A stretch of DNA of 40,844 nucleotides from positions 1 through 40,844 of IMG/VR virus record IMGVR_UViG_3300025916_000008, one strand, 5' to 3'. This document shows positions 7,542 to 14,123 of the stretch, piece by piece (within the stretch, counting starts at the first letter, position 1; the number at the start of each line of letters is the position of its first letter). The notes beneath the pieces are model-generated. The model was not told the DNA's origin, did no database searches, and saw only the letters and a program-made list of their open reading frames with translations. The DNA comes from a virus (Duplodnaviria; Heunggongvirae; Uroviricota; Caudoviricetes). The position numbers and the translations under genes are program-made.

Positions 7542-7691
7542 GTGGCTGGCAAGCAGCACAAGCACAAGAACCGCAAGCACGGGCGCAACCGCGCCAAGTG
7601 CGCGCGGTACGCGGCCGAGCACCGCCGGACGAAGAACAACCCGGCGCGTACCAGGCGCAATCCTGAAAGGACGCCGCATGGACGGCGCTAA
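7542..7691 (+). CDS. 49-aa very basic peptide
   Basis: GTG 7542 after GGGGGTGA RBS; MAGKQHKHKNRKHGRNRAKCARYAAEHRRTKNNPARTRRNPERTPHGRR; below ORF-track cutoff. Confidence 0.6.
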   Translation: MAGKQHKHKNRKHGRNRAKCARYAAEHRRTKNNPARTRRNPERTPHGRR

Positions 7692-7736
7692 CGAAGTACC
7701 AGGAGCGGCCCCGGCCACGCGCCGGGGCTGTTCGAG

Positions 7737-7810
7737 CGGGATGTAGCGTAACGGCAGCGCGCCTGCTTTGGGAGCAGGCAGCCGAGGTTCGACTCCTCGC
7801 CTCCCGACCA
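7737..7810 (+). tRNA. tRNA-Pro(TGG)
   Basis: Cloverleaf; TT-TGG-GA; encoded CCA. Confidence 0.95.
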
Positions 7811-8078
7811 GCCGCCTGGGGCCTGCGCAGCCCCCGAAGCCCCCCGCGCAGGGGAGATTAGTCCTGGTCGTAACCCGGCCGGGTTGGCGGCGCGAACCCT
7901 CTGAGAACCCGGGCAGAGACCAAAAAAGCCGGGCGCAGTCCATAGCACGGGGAGGCGAAGCCGACCGGCAGTACCGTGCAGGTGCCCAGGAAGTGATCGC
8001 GACGCTAGGGCCTGGCACCGAAGGACCTCAACGGAAGTGCGGCGGAAGCAAGAGCCACGCCCTGCCAGAGGTCCGCCT

Positions 8079-8150
8079 CGGGATATGGCGCATCGGTAGC
8101 GCACCCGGCTGGGGGCCGGGGGGCGGCAGGTTCGATTCCTGCTATCCCGA
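8079..8150 (+). tRNA. tRNA-Pro(GGG)
   Basis: Cloverleaf; CT-GGG-GG. Confidence 0.9.
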
Positions 8151-8368
8151 CGTTTGGCAGTGCCGAGGGCAGAGCCGCCTTTAAGCGGTAGTCACCCGAA
8201 GCGGTGACGACCGTCCCGGCGGGGCACCCGGTCCGGACCGGGCGTCATATGCCCGGTGCACTGCCGGCTAGATCCGGAGAGGCGACGGTGAGAAGCCGTC
8301 CCGGGGTGTCTCACGCTCGCGCGAGCGGTGTAGGCCGGTGGTGTAGGTAACAGCATTCTCTGGTTAAT

Positions 8369-8397
8369 CGGAGTGTGGCGCAGCTTGGCTAGCGCGC
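8369..8397 (+). pseudogene. 5' half (acceptor strand + D arm) of a tRNA-Pro, truncated by the endonuclease insertion
   Basis: CGGAGTG-TG-GCGC-AGCTTGGCTA-GCGC-G followed directly by TACAGT -10 and the endonuclease start. Confidence 0.75.
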
Positions 8398-8409
8398 TAC
8401 AGTAGGTCC

Positions 8410-8814
8410 GTGGAGCTTTCAACCGCCCAGAAGGGCGAGCTAGCCATGCTGAAAGTCATGACGCGGGCCGTCGAGCTGGGCTGGATCGCCAGTCGGCCAA
8501 CGCGCGACTGCCGATACGACTTGATCCTCGACGAAGGCTCCAAGCTGTACCGGGCGCAGGTCAAGTTTTGTGCTCGGAAGTCCTCCCACTCCACCGGGGT
8601 GGCACATCTCGATCTCACCAAGGGCGGCGCGCGGAACCGCGCCTACCTGGAGGACGAGATAGATGCCGTGGTGGTCTACGTGGCGGCTATCGACCTGATC
8701 GTCTGGCTCGGCCGGGATATCTTCCATGGCCGGAAGCAATTGCACATCAGGTATAAGCCGACCAGGAGCGGCCAGGTGCAGGGGACGCTGATGGCGTCCG
8801 AGTTCGCCTGGTGA
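8410..8814 (+). CDS. PD-(D/E)XK homing endonuclease, I-Ssp6803I-like
   Basis: KGELA..V...A...GW.ASRP..DCRYDLILD......RAQVK pattern; tRNA context; leaderless (TACAGT 6 nt before GTG). Confidence 0.8.
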   Translation: MELSTAQKGELAMLKVMTRAVELGWIASRPTRDCRYDLILDEGSKLYRAQVKFCARKSSHSTGVAHLDLTKGGARNRAYLEDEIDAVVVYVAAIDLIVWLGRDIFHGRKQLHIRYKPTRSGQVQGTLMASEFAW

Positions 8815-8817
8815 TAT

Positions 8818-8892
8818 CGGGTTATAGCGCAGCTTGGTGAGCGCGCCTGCTTCGGGAGCAGGAGGTCCCCAGTTCAAATCTGGGTAACCCGA
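8818..8892 (+). tRNA. tRNA-Pro(CGG)
   Basis: Cloverleaf; TT-CGG-GA. Confidence 0.95.
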
Positions 8893-8943
8893 CGGGGCCT
8901 GATGATCACAGGCCTGCTGGGACGCGGCGTCGAGAACCGCGTT

Positions 8944-9056
8944 AGATGCCGGTGCTGGCTGCACGGGTGAACGGCTGCGCAGGGAAATCCTCCCGGTGAG
9001 GGAGGCCGGTACCTGCGCGATGGAATCCAGGCCAGGTTCGATCCCTGGGGCATTGC
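8944..9056 (+). ncRNA. tRNA-shaped RNA with extended anticodon-arm-like hairpin and no anticodon loop
   Basis: Acceptor ATGCC/GGCAT, D arm GCTG/CGGC, stem GCGCAGG/CCTGCGC, T arm CCAGG-TTCGATC-CCTGG. Confidence 0.55.
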
Positions 9057-9057
9057 T

Positions 9058-9205
9058 GACCTGGAAGGTGGGCTTAGAGGCAGCCATCCTTCAAAGAGCG
9101 GGGTCATGCCGCCTCCTGTCCGAGGGCAGCTCGCGGTGACAGCGAGCCCGCTGGCGGGCGGGCGGGCAAACGGAGCACCCCCTTGGCGTAAAAGCACACC
9201 AGGTC
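9058..9205 (+). ncRNA. 23S rRNA GTPase-associated-centre (H43-H44, uL11-binding) mimic with 87-nt insertion
   Basis: GACCTGGAAGGTGGGCTTAGAGGCAGCCATCCTTCAAAGAG...GCGTAAAAGCACACCAGGTC aligns to E. coli 23S ~1050-1109 with compensatory changes. Confidence 0.85.
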
Positions 9206-9210
9206 TTCAC

Positions 9211-9284
9211 GGTCGTGTAGCTCAGTCGGAACGAGCGGTCGCCTGAAAAGCGACAGGTCCCCTGTTCGATCCAGGGCATGACCA
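9211..9284 (+). tRNA. tRNA-Phe(GAA)
   Basis: Cloverleaf; CT-GAA-AA. Confidence 0.95.
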
Positions 9285-9401
9285 CGGTGACGGAGTACTA
9301 CGTCACTTGGCTCCCGTGGTAAGCGCACTACGGGAAAATCGGTTGGCCTGGTGGCCGCCCTGGTGAAGAGCCGGGCCTGGGTTCGATCCCCGGGATCGTG
9401 C

Positions 9402-9472
9402 GCGGATGTAGCTCAACGGCAGAGCCCCTGCCTTCCAAGCAGGCCACGCGGGTTCGATTCCCGTCTTCCGCT
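9402..9472 (+). tRNA. tRNA-Gly(TCC)
   Basis: Cloverleaf; CT-TCC-AA. Confidence 0.95.
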
Positions 9473-9662
9473 CTGCGGCGTGACGCGGCCAGGTCCCTCG
9501 GATCGTCGCGGCCAGGCGAGTAGCGCTCCTCCTGGTAAACAGGACCTTCGCGAGGGTCCTGCCTCACGTCCCCCGGGGCACCTCACAACGTCGCCGGCAC
9601 CCTGGCCTCCCCGCCGCAAGCCCGGAGTGCCAGGCCCTGGACCGGCGGGGCCTCGGGACCAC

Positions 9663-9735
9663 GCGCCGCTAACTCAATTGGCAGAGTGCCTGACTCTTAA
9701 TCAGAACGTTGGGGGTTCAAGTCCCTCGCGGCGCA
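9663..9735 (+). tRNA. tRNA-Lys(CTT)
   Basis: Cloverleaf; CT-CTT-AA. Confidence 0.95.
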
Positions 9736-9813
9736 CTGGAGGAATACTGAAGGCCGAACCCGGGGCTGGTGCCGACGAAGAGGCCTCCTGCCACCAGCAG
9801 TATTCCTCCTCAC

Positions 9814-9887
9814 GGGCGAGTAGCAGAACGGCATATGCCGGGGCCTCAAAAACCTTGTGAATGCGGGTTCGAATCCCGCCTTGCCCA
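9814..9887 (+). tRNA. tRNA-Leu(CAA), weak anticodon stem, short variable arm
   Basis: CT-CAA-AA; stem GGGGC/ACCTT has two G.U pairs and one mismatch. Confidence 0.75.
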
Positions 9888-10053
9888 CAGGCGCTGACGG
9901 CGATGTCCGCTGCGGCCGGGAGGTACCCAGTCCTCCGACGCGGCGCACAGGAGCGCGGTATCAAGTACCAGACCGTCCGCCCGGGTAGCGCCCGGGGGAG
10001 ACTGAGGACTGATAAAACCCGGCCGAGCCTGAGTGGCCTGGGCTGATTGCCAA

Positions 10054-10127
10054 TGGGGTATAGCTCAACTCGGCAGAGCGCCGGCGTCTGGTGCCGGAGG
10101 TTCCAGGTTCGAATCCTTGTATCCCAG
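10054..10127 (+). tRNA. tRNA-Gln(CTG)
   Basis: Cloverleaf; loop GT-CTG-GT; U1-A72. Confidence 0.9.
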
Positions 10128-10191
10128 CGCCGTCGACCTCGGTGAGGCTAGCCGGGGGAGGCCGTCCTGAGCATGACGCTAAAAGGCATCT

Positions 10192-10264
10192 GCCCTTGTA
10201 GCTCAGTTGGTAGAGCAGCGCTCTCGTAAAGCGCAGGCCAGCGGTTCGAAGCCGCTCGGGGGCT
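10192..10264 (+). tRNA. tRNA-Thr(CGT)
   Basis: Cloverleaf; CT-CGT-AA. Confidence 0.95.
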
Positions 10265-10344
10265 CCCGGTCAGTGGGACGAACCAAGGTGCAGCGGCTAG
10301 CCGCCAAGGTACCGGCCGGAATCCGGTTTCCACTGACTGGCCTT

Positions 10345-10429
10345 GTCCTTGTGGCGAAATGGCAGACGCGCCAGCTTGAGGTGCTGGTACCCCGTAAGGG
10401 GCGTGAGGGTTCGAGTCCCTCCTCGGACA
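10345..10429 (+). tRNA. tRNA-Leu(GAG)
   Basis: Type II cloverleaf; TT-GAG-GT; two acceptor mismatches. Confidence 0.9.
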
Positions 10430-10546
10430 CGGGCAGGATAGACCCGGGGATGCCGCGCGGTCCCCGGCGGAGCGGGGAACGGCAGCGCCGAGCGCTCGGG
10501 GCTGCGGCACCTGGTTGTCCTGGACCGGGAGGGTACCCCGGGCTAT

Positions 10547-10619
10547 GCCGCCTTAGCTCAGCAGGCAGAGCGATCCCCCTGTAAGGGAAGGCGCGGCGGT
10601 TCGATTCCGTCAGGCGGCT
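10547..10619 (+). tRNA. tRNA-Thr(TGT), C33
   Basis: Cloverleaf; CC-TGT-AA. Confidence 0.85.
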
Positions 10620-10620
10620 C

Positions 10621-10694
10621 TGGGCGTTAGCTCAACATGGCAGAGCGCACGGCTTTGGTCCGTGAGGTTCGGGGTTCGATCCCCTGCCGCCCAG
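10621..10694 (+). tRNA. tRNA-Gln(TTG)
   Basis: Cloverleaf; CT-TTG-GT. Confidence 0.9.
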
Positions 10695-10699
10695 CGTGG

Positions 10700-10766
10700 G
10701 CCGCCGGATGGCACGAGGGAGGGTGCCTACAGTTGCAACTACCCGTTCGAATCGGGAACGGCGGCT
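10700..10766 (+). pseudogene. Degenerate tRNA-like element (Cys GCA-like loop)
   Basis: GCCGCCG/CGGCGGC stem, GGCAC/GTGCC arm, CCCG-TTCGAAT-CGGG arm; collapsed anticodon and variable region. Confidence 0.35.
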
Positions 10767-10793
10767 CTCCAGCTCCCCCGGTAACCTGGCCTC

Positions 10794-10994
10794 ATGAGCG
10801 TGAAGCACGTGCAGGCGCAGCTCCGGTCGGGCACCACGGTGCGGACGTGCTGGCTCCCCCAGGGGATCAAGCCGGGTGACCGGGTGACCCTGAAGAACTC
10901 CGAGGACCCGGCCCGCTGGTGGGACGTGACGGAGGTCGGCAGCGAGGCCCGCGAGCTGTCGGAGATCAATCGCGGGTGGAACAACAACATCTAG
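10794..10994 (+). CDS. Small hypothetical protein (leaderless)
   Basis: 66 aa; TAACCT 6 nt before ATG; stop overlaps first base of tRNA-Thr(GGT). Confidence 0.7.
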   Translation: MSVKHVQAQLRSGTTVRTCWLPQGIKPGDRVTLKNSEDPARWWDVTEVGSEARELSEINRGWNNNI

Positions 10995-11066
10995 CCTGGA
11001 TAGCTCCAGCGGCAGAGCGGCTCCATGGTAAGGAGCAGGTCGCCGGTTCGAATCCGGCTCCAGGCT
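10994..11066 (+). tRNA. tRNA-Thr(GGT)
   Basis: Cloverleaf; AT-GGT-AA. Confidence 0.95.
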
Positions 11067-11138
11067 CGGGGACTTCTTGATCACGGTGATCGTGTCCGTG
11101 GCGCACCAAGCCCCGCCCGGTGGGAATCCGGGCACCAC

Positions 11139-11211
11139 GCGGTTGTGGCGCAGCAGGCAGCGCGGCACCTTGCCAAGGTGCAGGTCGCCGGTTCGATCCC
11201 GGTCAGCCGCT
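11139..11211 (+). tRNA. tRNA-Gly(GCC)
   Basis: Cloverleaf; TT-GCC-AA. Confidence 0.95.
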
Positions 11212-11479
11212 CTCGGGGTACCGAGCCTCCGATGGCCCAAAGCCTGAGTCGCGACACGGAGAGCCCTCCGACGGCCGAGTTAGCCTGAAGGGGACCCTGA
11301 CCAACTGGCACGGCACGGTGCCTGACCGGATGTCCCAGCCGACCTACCCCGGCTGCGTGACGCCGGCGCAAACCCGACCGGGGTAGCGGCCGGGAACGTG
11401 TCTCCGGGGTGCTCGCTGCCGTCGCCCCGGGCGTCCAGTAGGGCGCTGATCCCGTCCCGGCGGGTGAACGGTAGCTTAC

Positions 11480-11555
11480 GCGGTTGTAGCTCAGCAGGCA
11501 GAGCACGTGCTTCCCAGGCATGATGTCGCGGGTTCAATTCCCGCCAGCCGCTCCA
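11480..11555 (+). tRNA. tRNA-Gly(CCC)
   Basis: Cloverleaf; TT-CCC-AG; encoded CCA. Confidence 0.95.
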
Positions 11556-11623
11556 CGCCGCGCCCGGCGGCGTCACTCTCCCCGCGAGGGGAGACAAGGG
11601 TTCCTCGGGGCTCCCGGGCACAT

Positions 11624-11708
11624 GGGCTTGTGGCGGAATGGCAGACGCGCCAGTTTCAGGAACTGGTGTCCCGCAAGGGACGTGAGGGTTCGAGTCCCTC
11701 GGGGCTCA
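11624..11708 (+). tRNA. tRNA-Leu(CAG)
   Basis: Type II cloverleaf; TT-CAG-GA. Confidence 0.9.
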
Positions 11709-11758
11709 CGGGGATGCGCAGGTGGCCCGGCTTGCAAGAGCCCGGCGGTCCCTAACCT

Positions 11759-11845
11759 GGAGAGCGAACCGGACAGGCGCGCCGGGCTTCGCCGCTAACG
11801 AATGCGCGGGGGTGACCCCGTGGGTTTCGAGTACTCCGCTCTCCG
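11759..11845 (+). tRNA. tRNA-Ser(GCT), C33
   Basis: Type II; CC-GCT-AA; G73; irregular T stem. Confidence 0.8.
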
Positions 11846-11850
11846 CACCT

Positions 11851-11908
11851 GGGCCGCAGCACTGGAGTGCAGCCGGATGGACGGGTTCGATTTCCCGTGC
11901 GGTCCACC
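11851..11908 (+). ncRNA. Anticodon-less mini-tRNA with Ala identity (G3.U70, A73)
   Basis: GGGCCGC/GCGGTCC-A-CC, GCAC-TGGA-GTGC arm, ACGGG-TTCGATTT-CCCGT arm; only 10 nt between D and T arms. Confidence 0.65.
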
Positions 11909-11964
11909 GGGTCCCGGCAGGCCATGCCGGATTTTCCGGACACACCGGAAGCCGGGACCGGCAT

Positions 11965-12047
11965 GGAGAGGTCGCCTAGCGGTCTATGGCGCTTGCCCGG
12001 AAAGCAAGTTGGGGTAACCCTCGCGAGTTCGAATCTCGCTCTCTCCG
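11965..12047 (+). tRNA. tRNA-Ser(GGA), C33
   Basis: Type II; CC-GGA-AA; G73. Confidence 0.9.
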
Positions 12048-12069
12048 CGCGGATGGTAGATTAGCTGTT

Positions 12070-12543
12070 ATGCCATCCGAAATATCCTGCGCCTGGGCAG
12101 CCGGGATTCTCGACGCCGACGGATGCGTAACCATGAGACCGCCATCGGGCGGTCGGTTCCGGTCCCCCTACCTTGTAGTCGACTCCACCGACAGGGAGAT
12201 CCTGGAAGAGTTGGTTGCCAGCTTCGGCGGTCGCATCCACGAGAAGAGCGTCCGGCATGAGCACTGGCGTCGCCAGTGGTCCTGGCGGATGTACGGGACC
12301 GTTGGCATCCTTGAGTTCCTGCGGCTGGTCATCCCGTACATGCGATGCCCCGCCAAGGTAGCTCGGGCGAGGATGCTAATCGACGAGTACCCGGCGCTGA
12401 CTCAGCGAAACGGCTGGTACACCCCAGAACAGCGGGCAGCAAAGCTCGACATGGAGGAGCGGTTCATGGCTATCGGTTACGGCCGAGGAGCCAGCCTGCG
12501 AGCCCTCCCAAGACCCGGAAGCGTAAGCCGAGCTTCGGCCTAA
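12070..12543 (+). CDS. Single-motif LAGLIDADG homing endonuclease
   Basis: WAAGILDADGCV motif plus LVVDSTDREILEEL..FGG.I; extended -10 TGG-TAGATT 7 nt before ATG 12070; stop codon inside the next tRNA's D loop. Confidence 0.85.
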   Translation: MPSEISCAWAAGILDADGCVTMRPPSGGRFRSPYLVVDSTDREILEELVASFGGRIHEKSVRHEHWRRQWSWRMYGTVGILEFLRLVIPYMRCPAKVARARMLIDEYPALTQRNGWYTPEQRAAKLDMEERFMAIGYGRGASLRALPRPGSVSRASA

Positions 12544-12606
12544 CGGCGGCTGTCTCGAAAACAGCTAGGGGTAACTCCCGTGTGGGTTCGAGACCCACCG
12601 CTTCCT
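12517..12606 (+). tRNA. tRNA-Ser(CGA)
   Basis: GGAAGCG/CGCTTCC acceptor; CT-CGA-AA; long variable arm; overlaps the LAGLIDADG 3' end. Confidence 0.85.
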
Positions 12607-12610
12607 CTGC

Positions 12611-12802
12611 TTACGGCACGCGCCGCCTGGCGTTCCAGTTTCCGGCTCCCCAGCCGGAGCCGAACCCCGCCTCGGCGAGGGCCAGGAAAGTCAGCCCGAT
12701 GGCGATGATCCCGATGATGACGGTCAGGGAGATGCCGTGGACGCCGAGGATCGCGATGATCGCGGCGATGAGGAAAGCGAGGACCGCAAGTCCGTAAGTC
12801 AT
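12611..12802 (-). CDS. Small two-TM membrane protein
   Basis: 63 aa hydrophobic; AGAAGGAG RBS; CCCCGGAAG motif upstream. Confidence 0.75.
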   Translation of the reverse strand: MTYGLAVLAFLIAAIIAILGVHGISLTVIIGIIAIGLTFLALAEAGFGSGWGAGNWNARRRVP

Positions 12803-12858
12803 GACAGGGCTCCTTCTGAGGAGCTACCTGCCCCTCAGTTCTTCCGGGGGGCGGTCGA

Positions 12859-12932
12859 GGGCGTGTAGCTCAGTCGGTTAGAGCACTTCCCTGATAAGGA
12901 AGGGGTCAGAGGTTCAATTCCTCTTTCGCCCA
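12859..12932 (+). tRNA. tRNA-Ile(GAT)
   Basis: Cloverleaf; CT-GAT-AA. Confidence 0.95.
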
Positions 12933-12936
12933 CCTC

Positions 12937-13008
12937 GGCGGTGTAGCTCAGTGGCAGAGCACCCGGCTCATAACCGGGAGGCCGGCGGGTCGTTCCCGCC
13001 CTCCGCTA
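12937..13008 (+). tRNA. tRNA-Met/Ile2(CAT), atypical T loop
   Basis: CT-CAT-AA; T loop GTCGTTC; Met vs lysidine-Ile identity not resolved. Confidence 0.8.
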
Positions 13009-13165
13009 CCTGGACCTGCGGGCAGGTTCCGGGCTCGTGCGCCAGCAGCAGCGCGGTGCCGGCCCAGAGATGGAATGCTGACTCTCCCGGCAGCACCGGG
13101 CGAGGGCACAGGAGGCACCGCCAGGGAAACGGCCCCCGGTAGGTGAAGACCTGCCCGATACGCAC
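12968..13165 (-). CDS. Small Cys/His hypothetical protein antisense to tRNA array
   Basis: TAGTAT 6 nt before GTG 13165; CLLC and H..C motifs. Confidence 0.5.
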   Translation of the reverse strand: MRIGQVFTYRGPFPWRCLLCPRPVLPGESAFHLWAGTALLLAHEPGTCPQVQVAEGGNDPPASRL

Positions 13166-13177
13166 GACCAGATACTA

Positions 13178-13253
13178 GGGCCGTTAACTCAGTGGTAAGA
13201 GTGTCACCCTTATAAGGTGAGAGTCGTGCGTTCAATCCGTACACGGCCCACCA
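13178..13253 (+). tRNA. tRNA-Ile(TAT)
   Basis: Cloverleaf; CT-TAT-AA; A73; encoded CCA. Confidence 0.9.
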
Positions 13254-13301
13254 GGACGGAGAGCACGTGAACGTCAAACAGGCCCGGCGAATACCTTTCG
13301 C

Positions 13302-13373
13302 GGGCTGGTAGCTCAACGGCAGAGCAGCGGTCTTTTAAACCGTGGGTTTAGGGTTCGAATCCCTGGCAGCCCA
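13302..13373 (+). tRNA. tRNA-Lys(TTT)
   Basis: Cloverleaf; CT-TTT-AA. Confidence 0.95.
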
Positions 13374-13377
13374 CCCT

Positions 13378-13450
13378 GCGCCATTAGCTCAGAGGAAAGA
13401 GCGGCCGGCCTCTACCCGGCTCGCCGGGGGTTCGAGTCCTCCATGGCGCA
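13378..13450 (+). tRNA. tRNA-Arg(TCT), C33
   Basis: Cloverleaf; CC-TCT-AC. Confidence 0.8.
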
Positions 13451-13538
13451 CGAGACTGGCCCACTTAAGACGGGCTCCGTGGACGCGGGTGCTAGCCCCT
13501 CGTCCTCCCCCGGCGGTCGGTCAAGCCGCGCGGAACAC

Positions 13539-13612
13539 GGTCCGTTGGAGGAATCGGCGAACTCACCTGGCCCTCAACCAGGAGATTGCGGGTTCAAGCC
13601 CCGCACGGATCA
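13539..13612 (+). tRNA. tRNA-Glu(CTC), C33
   Basis: Cloverleaf; CC-CTC-AA. Confidence 0.9.
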
Positions 13613-13799
13613 CGCAAGCCGGGTACCCAGCCAGCGGGTGACAAGCCCGGCGTGCAAGGACGCTGGCCTCTGCGAGCGGGAGCGCATGCCTCCCGCGCTT
13701 ACTCGGGGACCCGTTACGCGGGAGGACGGCCATCCAATACGGCGTCCCCGTAATACGATCCGGACCGCAGGTGGCTGAAATCCGCTGGACCGGACATCT

Positions 13800-13872
13800 G
13801 CCCCCATCGGCCAATGGCTAGGCCGTCTGCCTTTCAAGCAGGAGAAGACGGGTCGGAACCGTCTGGGGGAGC
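13800..13872 (+). tRNA. tRNA-Glu(TTC), atypical T loop
   Basis: CT-TTC-AA; T loop GTCGGAA; G1.A72 mismatch. Confidence 0.75.
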
Positions 13873-13902
13873 GAGGCCGGGACATGTATCCTGGCCACAC
13901 GA

Positions 13903-13977
13903 CGCGGAGTGGGGGAGTTCGGTGTCCCCGCTGGGCTCATAACCCTGAGATCGCGGGTTCAAATCCCGCCTCCGCAA
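13903..13977 (+). tRNA. Initiator tRNA-fMet(CAT)
   Basis: C1.A72 mismatch; GGG/CCC anticodon stem; CT-CAT-AA. Confidence 0.95.
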
Positions 13978-14123
13978 CGAGGAAGTGCTGGGCTGGTACT
14001 TGGCAACGTGTAGCGCCGCAGGGTCCGCCCTGCGGTGCTGTGACCGTAAGTCCCTTAAACCTCCCCCCTAGTCACGTCTGGAGCGCCGGCCAGCGCCAGT
14101 AAACGGGAAGAGCACTGAATCAT

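Noticed and set aside
7911-7950. Group I intron R/S elements (CAGAGAC ... CAGTCC)
   Set aside because: Too close together to contain P3/P8; no exon context.
8985-9056. selC (tRNA-Sec) resemblance
   Set aside because: No TCA anticodon and no 8-bp acceptor; only scattered short matches.
9058-9205. A genuine 23S rRNA gene or fragment of a host rrn operon
   Set aside because: The match is confined to ~60 nt, interrupted by an 87-nt insert, and flanked by phage tRNAs; no adjoining rRNA helices.
9330-9400. tRNA with T arm CTGGG-TTCGATC-CCCGG
   Set aside because: No convincing acceptor, D or anticodon arms; probably a decayed remnant.
9888-9960. Theta/HDV-like ribozyme after tRNA-Leu(CAA)
   Set aside because: A P1-like pairing exists, but no P3/L3 geometry or P1.1 GG; a formal descriptor search is still needed.
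13378-13450. Amber suppressor reading (CTA) of the CCTCTAC loop
   Set aside because: With the 5-bp stem the anticodon register is TCT with A37; C33 is common in this array.
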